Origin: a virus
Taxonomy: Duplodnaviria > Heunggongvirae > Uroviricota > Caudoviricetes
DNA: 64,000 nt
IMG/VR virus record: IMGVR_UViG_3300047272_000350
Location: 58,876 to 122,875 of that record
Reading direction: 5' to 3' (one strand)
This document shows, in pieces, positions 29,480 through 39,522 of the stretch; positions within the stretch are counted from its first letter, which is position 1, and every line of letters begins with the position of its first letter. A program made the translations under genes and the position numbers. The notes under the pieces are model-generated. The model had not been told where the DNA came from. It saw only the letters and a program-made list of their open reading frames with translations, and ran no database searches.

Positions 29480-32400
29480 ATGAGCTGTACAATTGATTAC
29501 AATAAAAACGGTAGTATAAAGAACGTTTTTGACCTAGAAGGTAAAGAAAGTAGACTATTTAAACAAATAGCTAGACTTCCACATGTAGAAAGTTTAGAAG
29601 AAGCTTTGTCTATTTTTAAAAATGTTTATTCAGAAAAAATAAACGACCAAAGCCCTGTAACTTTTATCTCGGATAAAGGTGCAAAATTTAGTTCTTTTAA
29701 GGAAGCTTTACAGGACTCAACAGGGGGAAACATAGAGATAGGTATAGATGCTGAAGAAGCATTCAAGAAATTACTTTCTGTATCTTCAAACACAAATCCA
29801 GCCACATACGAAGGGTTTATAAACAACCTTATCAAAAGTGATATTTTATCTGATGAAAAGATAATAGAAGATGGGAAAACTTACCACAAAGCAGCTGGTA
29901 ACCATTCACCATTACAAATAATAAATGAACAGATCATAAAGGAGGAAGCCAAGACCAACTTAAACAGAAAAAACTTTAAGATCTATAAAGACGGTAGAAT
30001 TGAACTACTGAACAATAAGAACAAAGTAGAGATAGGGAAAAAATCCGTATCTTTAGAAGACTTTAGATCTACCACTCTTAGAGAGTTAGAAAAAGCTGTA
30101 GGGAAAGATGATGCTGTAGAGCTTATGATAAACAATGCCGTAAAAAATGCGTTGCCATCAGGTATCTCAACAGACTCATTGAACACTACTGAGGAAGCCT
30201 TGAAGATGAACTTATTAGATCTTTTAGGAAAAATGGGTGTCAAAATAACATCTATAAACAGCTACATAAATAGTTATAATATTAGAAATGGAGTTGATCC
30301 ATCAGCTTCGGCATTACTAGACGTAGCTAGACAAGTTATTGCATTCAAAGATGGTATAATGACTATTGAGGGATTGGCAGAAGAAACCTCTCACTTTATA
30401 GTTGAGACTTGGAATGACGTTGAAATAGAAGGGTTATTGAGAAATATCCATAAAACTTCATCTTATGTAGAGTTTTCACAATCCTACAGAGAGTTGTACA
30501 CAAGAGAAAACCCAAGTATGTCTACTGAGCAAATAGAAAATTTGGTTAGAAGAGAGATATTAGGTAAAGAACTTGCAAAATCTATACAAGAGAGATTTAG
30601 TACAGAGGGTAAAACAGAAATACACAAAACAATAATAGAAAGAATTTTTGAACTTTTAGGTAAGTTCTTTAATTCTGTAGTTGTGAATGATACATTCTAC
30701 AATGACTTAGAAGCACTGACGGTAAAAGTGGAGGACTTGCTATTAACCAAAGATGTAAATAAGTATTTAAATCTAGACAAAGCTAAAACTAAGACTTTTA
30801 GGATGTATCAGCAACAAGCAAGTGGTAACATTGTAATAGATACTAAAAATGCCATTGTAAAAAGATTAGTAAAGACATTACTTGACCAAGAGAAAAGTCT
30901 TAGAAAAGCCGGTAGAGGATCTACAGCTAGTATACAAATGTTGAACTCAGCTTTAGATAAAGCTATCACTAAGAGCTCTATTCTAGATCTTGTATCTTCA
31001 GCAAAAAGACAAGCAGATTATGTATCAACAGCTATTGAAACTTCTAAAAGAAGAGGGGAGACTTTATCTAATGAAGAGGGTATTGTATTACAAGGATTGA
31101 AAGATAACATTGTACCAGTATTGTCTAGATTAGTAGCTTTATCAAAAGAAGATGCAGACCTAGTAGATATTGTAGACGACATCAACGCAGTTAATACAAA
31201 AGTATTATCTGTAACCGGGGCCGCAGACAACGTACAAAACGATGTATTAGACAGAATCATAGATAGATTGATGATAAGACACAATTTTGACGATGATGTA
31301 AGACAGAAGTTAAAAGATGCAGTATTAGTTGCAACAAGAGATACACAAATGTTGTATGCAGTATTTGGGCAAATCACACATGCACACGATCCATTACTAA
31401 ACATATTAGGTAGTGTTATTGCAGATATGACATTAGATGCAGAACAAGGATACTTAAAAAGAGCAAAACAGTTTCAAGAAAAGATTCGTGAGTTAGGTTT
31501 TACAGAAGCTGATTTACCTAAGTTCATGGACAAAAATGGGTACATTACAAGTCTATATGACTTTGACACTTTTGAAAAAGATGTTATAAACATAAAGCTT
31601 GAAGCTTATAAAAAATACAGTGGTGTAGCTATGTCTGATGAAGATATAGTGAAAGGTATAAAAAACTATGACCTACCAAAAATAAAAGACGAAAATGCAG
31701 AAAAAGCTTACAACAAAGAAGTTAATGATGCAATTAGTTCAAAAGTAGAGAGAAGTTTTACAGATGAATACTACCAAAATAGAGATGAGAAATACGATAG
31801 ACTTGGTATAAGTGAAGCTACAAAAACTCAACTTAGATTATTATCTACCGACTTAGGTAGTCTTATGTCTAGAGTGAAAAATGAGAAAGGTTTGCCAAGA
31901 TATACTGCCCAAAATAAGTATGAATTAGATGCTTTAAACTTAAAAAGAAAAAGCTTAAAATCTTTATTCGACAGTCTTGGGGATATTAAGCAAGGTATAA
32001 GAGAGGTGGACACTCCATCTGATACTACAATAGAGGTATCTGGTTTATACTATGAACTTAGAGACAATGCTAGTGAGGAAGCTAAGATAGCTTTTGAGAT
32101 AAACAAATTAGATCAAGCATTTTTATTAGAAAAACAAGAAGAAGCTAGACTTTCAGGAGGACAAAAAATAGATATTGAAAAACTTGCACCTAAGTTTTTA
32201 CAAGAACTTGAAAAGATTGAGAAGGAAGAGGGAAGAGAAGCAGCAGTTGAATTTTTTATATTAAATTCAAGTGTAGGTTTTTCTAATGACTTCTGGAATA
32301 ATTTTGATACATCAGAGAGCATGATGACTTATATAGATTCATATAGTCAAAAGCCAGATGCAGAGCAAGCTTGGGTAGATAAAATAGCCTCTTATAAAGA

Positions 32401-35170
32401 CAAACTACAATCTAGAAAATCTATATTAAAACAATACCAAGACTCTAGAAACTTTACTAATACGATGGCTGAGGAAATGTCAGTACAACAAAGAGATAAA
32501 GTTATAGAACTATCCGAAGAAATAGACAGAATGGCTTTAGAGCTATACACTATATTCAAAGGGGAGGTTAATATAGGGGAAGAGAAAGATATAGTATCTG
32601 AGTCTACACCTAATCAATCTTACTATGATGCGTTAGCTGATTCAAGAATAACAACTATGGAGGGTAAGTACGACTTCACCCTTAAAAACATGACATTAGA
32701 TAATGCAAAGAAAGTTAGACAATTTTCTGATGCTTTAGACGATGTTTTGAAAGGTAGAAGAGTGTCAGAGGGCCACAAAGAACTAATATTAAGAACTGTA
32801 GGTATAAACGATCTATCCGAATTGAATAATGACGATATTCCGGCAGCTAAGTTAAAATATGCAGAGACAAAGTTGGCACCTTACTATAAAGCATTTGCTC
32901 CAGTAGGTTTACAAAGCTTTTACAACAATCTAAAAAATGGTACTCAAAATGTACAGACATTAGTAACAGAGTTAAATAAAAGAAGTGATATAAAAGTTAG
33001 TAACAACTTCTCTTATTATGAGATGGGGGAAATAAAGTTTAAGAACCCAAACTATAAAGAGGACTTTGAGGGAGGTTCCAAACAGCCAAAACTTGATCAG
33101 TACTTAAATAAGAACTTTGTAAAACTATTTAACCCTAGATTAGATGCTGATAATAACCCTATCTTAGATAATGAAGGTAATATCCAAGCTACTACTAATC
33201 AAAAATTATTTAGTTTGTACCAGGAGTATATGGACTTCCAAAGAGAGAGTTTAAGATCTTATGGAGAATTAGGTACACACAATTTGTACTTAGCACCACA
33301 AGTTTCAAAAACAAACTTAGAGAAAGCCAATGATGCGATAAGAGGTAAAAGAGGTACTATAAAAGAATGGTGGAGAGACGCTGTTAGATTTAGAGTAGAT
33401 GAACAAGCATTTGGGGAGGAAATGGATGGAGAGTCTTTAATTAGAACTTCAAACATGAGAATTATACCTAAATACTTTTTGAAGAAGTTGGAAGAAGAGA
33501 CAGATGTATCTACAGATTTATTCTATAGCTCTATGTTGTTTGCACAACAGTCTCAATTATATAAAGCCAGAAAAGAGAGATTCTCTGAATTTGCTACACT
33601 AAATGACTTAGCTTTGAATAGAGCTTACCCAGAAGGTAAAGCAGCTAGTTCAACAAACACTTACAAGATGTTTAAGTCATACTATGACCACAACTTATTT
33701 GGGGTAAAAGAGGCTAGAAACTGGAGAGTAAATGTACCTGTTTTAGGACAAATTGACGTAACTAAAATAATCAACATGTTGCATAACTGGGTTAGAAACA
33801 ACTCACTTGCATTGAATGTTGTTGTACCAGTTACTTCATGGCTTACAGCAGAGGCATCTATGGTTATAGAAAAGTATGTTGGGCAATACGTTGATTCAGA
33901 CTCTATGAGTTTGGCTTCTAAAGAGTTTAGAAAAATATCTTTGCCAGCTATAAGCGAAAGTTTAGAGATAGATTCAAAATCTAAGCTGTCTATATTCGGA
34001 GAATATTTTGGGGTTTACGACTTAAGTAACAAGTTTGAAAACTCTATGTATGGTAAAACCCCTAGAACATTGGCAAGATCAATGTATGTTTTACACACAG
34101 CCGGTAACTTTGTACCATTGTCTAAAGCTATGCTTTCACAATTATATGGGTACAGAATATACGAAGGTAAGCTAATAGATTCTAAGAAATTTGAAAGCTT
34201 GTACAAAACAGTAAACCCATCAGCTACTAAAAAAGACATAGCAAATCAATGGGAACTACTTAGAGATAAGTCTTTATATAACTACATGTCAGCAGAGAAT
34301 GCAACAGTAGCATATGACTACGAAAAGCTAGCTCAAGATATGGGTAGAACTAATGATGAAGAGTTCCAAAAAGATTTTAGAAATATGGAACTTGGAGTTA
34401 TAACTAAGTTGAAAAAAGTAGTAGAGAGAATTGATGGTATGATCACCAACGAAGAAAGAACTGCTATGCAAAGAGATGTATTAGGTAGATTTGCAATGAC
34501 CCACAAAGGTTGGCAAGCTATATCTGCAGCAAACAGACTTAAGAGAAGACACTTAAACTTACAAACTGGACAAGTTGAAGAGGGTACTTACTTCTCAGTT
34601 TATAACTTCTTTGTAGAGAACTTTAATCAAGGTTTGAAAAAAGGAGGTATGAAGTCTGCTTTATCTGAGCTAAAAGAGCAATACATGATAGGAGATGAAG
34701 TACAAAGAGAAAATATCAGAAGGGTATTAATAGACTTTGCATTCCTTACAGTATTATTTTTGATAACTCTAGGAGTTGGACACTGGGCCGATGATGAAGA
34801 AGATATGTGGGCAGCACAATTTTCAGCATACATGTTAGAAAGGGTAACCACAGAAACATCATCTACTCAATTAGGTTTATTTGGAGAGTTCTATTCTTCT
34901 GTAAAAGAGCCTATGGTTGGTATACAGAAATTAGATAATTTGTTTTCAGTTGCTAATGCCTTTGATACTGATGTACAAACATCTGGTAGATTTGCAGGTA
35001 TGACAAAACAACAAATATATTTCTTGAAGAATGTTGTCGGAGCCAAACCTACATATGATATTTGGAATGCCGGAAACTTAAAGTCTCTAAGAGAAACCTA
35101 TGACTACTTTAATAAAGACGAAGCATTGATACCAATAGCTTATGTAATAGACGAAGAAGACTTAGAATAA
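29480..35170 (+). CDS. Giant coiled-coil-rich protein (1896 aa) with C-terminal transmembrane helices. Tape-measure-like or ejectosome component.
   Basis: 5.7-kb ORF preceded by TAATTTTGCAC box at 29452-29459. Long K/E-rich helical regions. Hydrophobic segment VLIDFAFLTVLFLITLGVGHW near the C-terminus. Confidence 0.55.
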   Translation: MSCTIDYNKNGSIKNVFDLEGKESRLFKQIARLPHVESLEEALSIFKNVYSEKINDQSPVTFISDKGAKFSSFKEALQDSTGGNIEIGIDAEEAFKKLLSVSSNTNPATYEGFINNLIKSDILSDEKIIEDGKTYHKAAGNHSPLQIINEQIIKEEAKTNLNRKNFKIYKDGRIELLNNKNKVEIGKKSVSLEDFRSTTLRELEKAVGKDDAVELMINNAVKNALPSGISTDSLNTTEEALKMNLLDLLGKMGVKITSINSYINSYNIRNGVDPSASALLDVARQVIAFKDGIMTIEGLAEETSHFIVETWNDVEIEGLLRNIHKTSSYVEFSQSYRELYTRENPSMSTEQIENLVRREILGKELAKSIQERFSTEGKTEIHKTIIERIFELLGKFFNSVVVNDTFYNDLEALTVKVEDLLLTKDVNKYLNLDKAKTKTFRMYQQQASGNIVIDTKNAIVKRLVKTLLDQEKSLRKAGRGSTASIQMLNSALDKAITKSSILDLVSSAKRQADYVSTAIETSKRRGETLSNEEGIVLQGLKDNIVPVLSRLVALSKEDADLVDIVDDINAVNTKVLSVTGAADNVQNDVLDRIIDRLMIRHNFDDDVRQKLKDAVLVATRDTQMLYAVFGQITHAHDPLLNILGSVIADMTLDAEQGYLKRAKQFQEKIRELGFTEADLPKFMDKNGYITSLYDFDTFEKDVINIKLEAYKKYSGVAMSDEDIVKGIKNYDLPKIKDENAEKAYNKEVNDAISSKVERSFTDEYYQNRDEKYDRLGISEATKTQLRLLSTDLGSLMSRVKNEKGLPRYTAQNKYELDALNLKRKSLKSLFDSLGDIKQGIREVDTPSDTTIEVSGLYYELRDNASEEAKIAFEINKLDQAFLLEKQEEARLSGGQKIDIEKLAPKFLQELEKIEKEEGREAAVEFFILNSSVGFSNDFWNNFDTSESMMTYIDSYSQKPDAEQAWVDKIASYKDKLQSRKSILKQYQDSRNFTNTMAEEMSVQQRDKVIELSEEIDRMALELYTIFKGEVNIGEEKDIVSESTPNQSYYDALADSRITTMEGKYDFTLKNMTLDNAKKVRQFSDALDDVLKGRRVSEGHKELILRTVGINDLSELNNDDIPAAKLKYAETKLAPYYKAFAPVGLQSFYNNLKNGTQNVQTLVTELNKRSDIKVSNNFSYYEMGEIKFKNPNYKEDFEGGSKQPKLDQYLNKNFVKLFNPRLDADNNPILDNEGNIQATTNQKLFSLYQEYMDFQRESLRSYGELGTHNLYLAPQVSKTNLEKANDAIRGKRGTIKEWWRDAVRFRVDEQAFGEEMDGESLIRTSNMRIIPKYFLKKLEEETDVSTDLFYSSMLFAQQSQLYKARKERFSEFATLNDLALNRAYPEGKAASSTNTYKMFKSYYDHNLFGVKEARNWRVNVPVLGQIDVTKIINMLHNWVRNNSLALNVVVPVTSWLTAEASMVIEKYVGQYVDSDSMSLASKEFRKISLPAISESLEIDSKSKLSIFGEYFGVYDLSNKFENSMYGKTPRTLARSMYVLHTAGNFVPLSKAMLSQLYGYRIYEGKLIDSKKFESLYKTVNPSATKKDIANQWELLRDKSLYNYMSAENATVAYDYEKLAQDMGRTNDEEFQKDFRNMELGVITKLKKVVERIDGMITNEERTAMQRDVLGRFAMTHKGWQAISAANRLKRRHLNLQTGQVEEGTYFSVYNFFVENFNQGLKKGGMKSALSELKEQYMIGDEVQRENIRRVLIDFAFLTVLFLITLGVGHWADDEEDMWAAQFSAYMLERVTTETSSTQLGLFGEFYSSVKEPMVGIQKLDNLFSVANAFDTDVQTSGRFAGMTKQQIYFLKNVVGAKPTYDIWNAGNLKSLRETYDYFNKDEALIPIAYVIDEEDLE

Positions 35171-35176
35171 TAAATT

Positions 35177-35219
35177 AAAAAACCCCCAAAGACTTAAAAA
35201 TCTAAGGGGGTATTTTTTT
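35177..35219. terminator. Putative bidirectional terminator at the convergence of the + and - strand modules.
   Basis: A6-CCCCC-18 nt-GGGGG-TATTTTTTT, between stop codons at 35170 (+) and 35228 (-). Confidence 0.5.
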
Positions 35220-35227
35220 ACAATAAA

Positions 35228-36463
35228 CTAAAATAAATGTGTTAGTCTGGCAATCTGACCATGTAATGGGTGATGTATATAGCCTTCAATCGCCTTTGGG
35301 GCGTGTTGGTATTGATTTCTGTGGTGCCAGGAGTCTGTACCCGATGGGCTTCTCAAAGCTTCCACACATACACTCATATAATCTTTACTGATCTTATGGT
35401 GAAAGTGATGTATATAAATGTACCTATGTTTACAAGCACCCCAATCTGGACTTTCATGAGCCATGGTTAAAGGCAAGTTATCCATTTTACCACCGTCACC
35501 ATGAGTGGTACCAATTAAGTTAGATCCATATCTATAATACTTTCTGTGAGCGATAGAACAATCAAAAGTGATATTCTTACAGTCTTTGAAATAAGTTTGT
35601 ATTACATCAGCTAAAAAGAAGCCATGAGTGTAATCGTGGTTACTAGGGTTGAATACAAAATGTACATCTGCAACTTTAACAAGTCTGCTCAAGATCTCAA
35701 TATAAAGTTCTTTTGCAATTAGAAAGTTGGTATACCACATACCGTCAGTATCTTGATCAGTACCTGAAGTAGTGGTTCTTTTAGGTGTATCAATATGCAA
35801 AATATCATTGCCTCCAACAAACAAAATTTTATCAATCCTAAAACCCTTGGCTTTAGCAAGAAGACCTTCAACACCTTCACGAACTCTTTGTACTGCAATT
35901 TGATTGTCATAATCTTCTCCTGTTTCAAAACTTTTAGCTAATTTTCCAATGTGAACATCTGCTGGATCTATTACAAATAAATGCTCATCATCTAATTTGA
36001 CATCGTCTGTGTCTACTCTTCTTATTGTTTTTGGTTTGTTAGGGATATTTGCAATATCCTCTATTATTTTTTTGTGGAAAGCTTCCATATGGCCACCCTC
36101 AATTTGGTTAGATGCTATATTATAATAGGCACCTTTACCGGTATGTGTAACTAACTTATAAGTTCTTACATCATTAAAGGGTATTTTATAAAACTCACAG
36201 TACTCTTTTATACTCATAATAGTACCATCTTCTTTTAATGCTGACAGAGAAGATATTTTCTCATACTGATTTGTGTCAGTATCTGTATTATTATCTAAGT
36301 CATCATCCATAGTACGCTCTGATTTTAGTATATAAGAGTTGGCTTTTTTACGAAAGCTCTCATCGTATACAATTCCAGCTTCTTCACAGTAAGCCTTAGC
36401 AGCCAGTGTTTTACTTTGTTCTTGCTCATAGAGCTCTTGTAATCTTACTTTGTTAATTTCCAT
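35228..36463 (-). CDS. Calcineurin-like metallophosphoesterase (411 aa). Possible SbcD/Mre11-like nuclease.
   Basis: Motifs VIDPADVHIG (D-x-H), GGNDILHID (GD/GNDxxH) and NPSNHDY (GNH[DE]). Confidence 0.6.
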   Translation of the reverse strand: MEINKVRLQELYEQEQSKTLAAKAYCEEAGIVYDESFRKKANSYILKSERTMDDDLDNNTDTDTNQYEKISSLSALKEDGTIMSIKEYCEFYKIPFNDVRTYKLVTHTGKGAYYNIASNQIEGGHMEAFHKKIIEDIANIPNKPKTIRRVDTDDVKLDDEHLFVIDPADVHIGKLAKSFETGEDYDNQIAVQRVREGVEGLLAKAKGFRIDKILFVGGNDILHIDTPKRTTTSGTDQDTDGMWYTNFLIAKELYIEILSRLVKVADVHFVFNPSNHDYTHGFFLADVIQTYFKDCKNITFDCSIAHRKYYRYGSNLIGTTHGDGGKMDNLPLTMAHESPDWGACKHRYIYIHHFHHKISKDYMSVCVEALRSPSGTDSWHHRNQYQHAPKAIEGYIHHPLHGQIARLTHLF

Positions 36464-36496
36464 TCTTTTTTATTTCGGTTATTACTATTTGTTTTG

Positions 36497-36504
36497 CAAA
36501 AGTA
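36497..36504 (-). promoter_or_regulatory. -7 box (rc TACTTTTG) upstream of the metallophosphoesterase gene.
   Basis: TAnnTTTG on the minus strand, 34 nt upstream of ATG at 36463. Confidence 0.4.
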
Positions 36505-36747
36505 CTACTAATATTCGGTTTTTCCAAACAAATTAAATTTATTGGCTGCGTATTGCATAAAAGATTGTACTTTTTTTTGTATGTTAAATAATCTTTTCTA
36601 TAAAAGTTTTTCTTATTCATAACATGCAAATATTTTAATCATCCCAATTATAAATTGCAACCACACCCAAACCCCTAAAAAGATATGTAATCTATCTTTA
36701 CTTTGAAATAGTAAGCAATCAAATATATAATTATTTTTTCTCATATG

Positions 36748-37644
36748 TTATTCTTTTAAGTATAATGGGCTTGTCATCCCTTTTGTTATCATCTCCTTTG
36801 TGGTCATCTTATAACCTCTTACATTTTTTTGTAAGTAACTGTTGTCCTCTATTAGACCGAAAAGTAAATCTTCTGCTTCTTCTCTTGTTAAATAACCACT
36901 TGCTACATAACCTCCGGCACATAGGGCCGTTGACCTTACAATATAATGTCCAGAGTCTACAATCTTCTCCATAGATCTTGTTAACATAGTTTTAACCCTA
37001 CTCTTGTCTTTCTCACTAACATTTTCTAAGACTTCTATCTCTCCAACATAAGGTTTAAATTCATCTATCTTAGTACCTCTCTTAGTCCAAGTCTCTGCAT
37101 TATCTCTATACAATAAGTCAGGATCAATTGATAAGTACAAAGGTAAGATACAATTTTGGGTAGATGGATCAAAACCCTCATACTTTTCTAAAAAGTAGGC
37201 CATACCATAGAAATAACTTTTAAACTCCTCTGTAGTTTTACACACAGGTATTTTAACAATAAACTTACATCCTTTTTTACTAGGGGACAAGTATGCTGCA
37301 ACTATGCTAGGAATAGCATCAAACAAAAACTGTTTGAATGCCGGAGCATCGTCTAACTTATCAAAGTCTAGTACCATCAATCCTGTAAACCCGGTAATAT
37401 TTGCATAACAACGGCCATTACCATCTGTTTGTACACAAGGTGTAAAGTAGTATAACTTAGATTTAAGTTTATGCTTTAACTCCATGTCACCAATATTGGT
37501 AGCGGCTGAAATCTGTTCAAAAATACCACTGATGTCAGAACTTGGGCTCTTATTAGCTCGTAAGAACTGCTTAAGAGTTACCGTACCTAAAGGTTTAGGT
37601 ATTGTGACATCTGCCGGGTAATAAAAAAAGGATGTATTGTTCAT
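36748..37644 (-). CDS. Hypothetical replication-module protein (298 aa). Weak resemblance to AEP/BT4734-type primase N-terminal domains.
   Basis: LMVLDFDKLDDA (hhhDhD-like) and a SPSKKGCKF segment. Weak; position in the replication block is the main support. Confidence 0.4.
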   Translation of the reverse strand: MNNTSFFYYPADVTIPKPLGTVTLKQFLRANKSPSSDISGIFEQISAATNIGDMELKHKLKSKLYYFTPCVQTDGNGRCYANITGFTGLMVLDFDKLDDAPAFKQFLFDAIPSIVAAYLSPSKKGCKFIVKIPVCKTTEEFKSYFYGMAYFLEKYEGFDPSTQNCILPLYLSIDPDLLYRDNAETWTKRGTKIDEFKPYVGEIEVLENVSEKDKSRVKTMLTRSMEKIVDSGHYIVRSTALCAGGYVASGYLTREEAEDLLFGLIEDNSYLQKNVRGYKMTTKEMITKGMTSPLYLKE

Positions 37645-38123
37645 TATTTATTTCTTATATTTCTAACTGTATGGTAGTAACTATTTTTTCTATCTATAGA
37701 GTAATACTTATACTCTCCATTATCTCCTATCTCATCACTTCTGAAAGCCTCAACTTCTTCCCAGTTATCAGTGTTATGAAAGTTGGCCTCTAAGATAAAT
37801 CTTCTGCTAGGGGTATAAAACCATTTTACATAATTCCACTCATCATTGTCCATCTCCCAACCGGCTTTACCATGCTCATCTTGATACTCTTGAATCTCTT
37901 TGACTATTCTAGATTTAAAATTCTCTCCCAACATAGGCTCAAGCCTTACAAGTTCTTCACAAACGGCCCCAACTACATAAGTAGCTCTACCTAGAGCATA
38001 CCTAAAGGCACAACCTAATACAAGCTCTTGATTTAAAGATACTTTTTGTTCTATCTCAACGTATCTCTTACCTACTTTTTTATATGTTTTTTCCATTGTG
38101 TCTATATTTTTTACGATATTCAA
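37644..38123 (-). CDS. Hypothetical protein (159 aa).
   Basis: ORF in a tightly packed co-directional array. No motif recognised. Confidence 0.45.
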   Translation of the reverse strand: MNIVKNIDTMEKTYKKVGKRYVEIEQKVSLNQELVLGCAFRYALGRATYVVGAVCEELVRLEPMLGENFKSRIVKEIQEYQDEHGKAGWEMDNDEWNYVKWFYTPSRRFILEANFHNTDNWEEVEAFRSDEIGDNGEYKYYSIDRKNSYYHTVRNIRNK

Positions 38124-38496
38124 TTTCTTTTTTTATAAGCGTTAAGTGAGGGTTATCTGTACCTTCCGGATAGTAATCTAAAACAGCTTGTAGCCATTCG
38201 TCATTCATGTCACATAGTTTGGTCCAAGTCAAAGGCTGTTTACCATCAACTCCACGACCACCCCTAGATGCATACCTACGAACAAACTTGAAGTCATCAG
38301 TATCAAGTACTGTAAAAATTTCAACTTTTGATAAATCTTTTCCACCATACCTAACATAATCATTACCCCCATCAATCATAGTTTCATTAGGGCAACTACA
38401 TGTTTTGTAGTCGTGTCTATGCTCACTTACTAAAACTTCGCCACACTCTAAACAAGTTACTTGGCTGTGTACTATTCTACTCTCCATCTTTTCCAA
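38080..38496 (-). CDS. Hypothetical zinc-ribbon protein (138 aa).
   Basis: CLECG...CSCP Cys pairs. Confidence 0.45.
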   Translation of the reverse strand: MEKMESRIVHSQVTCLECGEVLVSEHRHDYKTCSCPNETMIDGGNDYVRYGGKDLSKVEIFTVLDTDDFKFVRRYASRGGRGVDGKQPLTWTKLCDMNDEWLQAVLDYYPEGTDNPHLTLIKKEIEYRKKYRHNGKNI

Positions 38497-39040
38497 ATCT
38501 AATATCCAACATTTCGTGATATATTTTCATAAAATCCTCTTTCTTACCGAACCAATCGTTCTCATCAAGTAAGTCATACCACTTTTCAAAAGTACGATAA
38601 CCTAGTTTAAGATCGGCTGTGTAAGTTTTAGGATAGTGACACTCTGGATTATCAGGGTCACAGTTCAAGGGGCTACAACAACCCGATTCTCCACAACCTG
38701 TACAAACAGGACAGTAAGGAGAGTAGTTCTCATCTTCTTGTAAATTTGATAAATTATTCCAAGGATGCTCCCAATCAATAATAGCAAAGTCACCTTCTCT
38801 AATATCATCTTCACTATCTCCAAAAGCTAGAGTCTCTACATTAAAGTATATCTCCATAGCATCGTAAGACAAAATTTCAGTAGGGGAATTACCCGGACAT
38901 GAATGAGGCTCTACTTGAATTTTTCTTTCTTTTGTATCTACAAACCAAGTGTCCTTATCTTGTTCAAATCTTAAAATTCCTTTCATTGTCTTATTCTTTA
39001 TAAAGTTTATACTCAGAGTTCTTTGTCTTAAAGTGAACAA
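38477..39040 (-). CDS. Hypothetical Cys-rich protein (187 aa).
   Basis: CPVCTGCGESGCCSPLNCDPDNPECH cluster. Confidence 0.45.
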   Translation of the reverse strand: MFTLRQRTLSINFIKNKTMKGILRFEQDKDTWFVDTKERKIQVEPHSCPGNSPTEILSYDAMEIYFNVETLAFGDSEDDIREGDFAIIDWEHPWNNLSNLQEDENYSPYCPVCTGCGESGCCSPLNCDPDNPECHYPKTYTADLKLGYRTFEKWYDLLDENDWFGKKEDFMKIYHEMLDIRFGKDGE

Positions 39041-39245
39041 ATGTGTCTGTCTTTTCTATTATTTTTATGATACTCGTTGTTTGCCATGTATAGAACATGT
39101 TAAAAGGGCTCATCAGTAAGCTCCTACCTTTTTTAGGTTTGACAAACCAGTCTTTGAATGAACCGTTTTCATGGAACTCAATCCACTTTACACCAGTAGA
39201 CTTTTTGACTAAACCATCCTCTTGCCTAATTAATTTATAACTCAT
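38991..39245 (-). CDS. Hypothetical protein (84 aa).
   Basis: ORF in operon array. Confidence 0.4.
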   Translation of the reverse strand: MSYKLIRQEDGLVKKSTGVKWIEFHENGSFKDWFVKPKKGRSLLMSPFNMFYTWQTTSIIKIIEKTDTFVHFKTKNSEYKLYKE

Positions 39246-39522
39246 CTTTCTTAAATTTAGGACTGCAACCCATTAGTATCGTATTACGGAACATACGCTG
39301 CTTTATTTTAGTTATTCTACGACCCTTTAGATGTTTGTCTAATATCTCATTAAACAAAGACTCTTCAATTTCGTAGTTCATAAAACCAATATCTTTTTGG
39401 CCCCTGCTATTTGTAGGAGCCTCTTCTACTAACTTATCAAAATCTGCAATTGGAGTAGAGGCTTTATAAAGATCTCTATAAATATCCCAAATTATCTGTT
39501 GTTCTTTTGTTACAGCCACCAT
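39235..39522 (-). CDS. Hypothetical protein (95 aa).
   Basis: ORF in operon array. Confidence 0.4.
   Translation of the reverse strand: MVAVTKEQQIIWDIYRDLYKASTPIADFDKLVEEAPTNSRGQKDIGFMNYEIEESLFNEILDKHLKGRRITKIKQRMFRNTILMGCSPKFKKDEL

Noticed and set aside
35270-35470. Plus-strand ORFs overlapping minus-strand genes in the right arm. Examples: 35270-35470, 36765-36974, 42042-42284, 43155-43337, 45081-45320, 45843-46208, 52136-52441, 54976-55161, 57641-57838, 61865-62158, 62639-62932, 63390-63662.
   Set aside because: Each is antisense to a longer ORF with recognisable motifs or operon context. Their translations are low-complexity, and none has a leader or promoter cassette.
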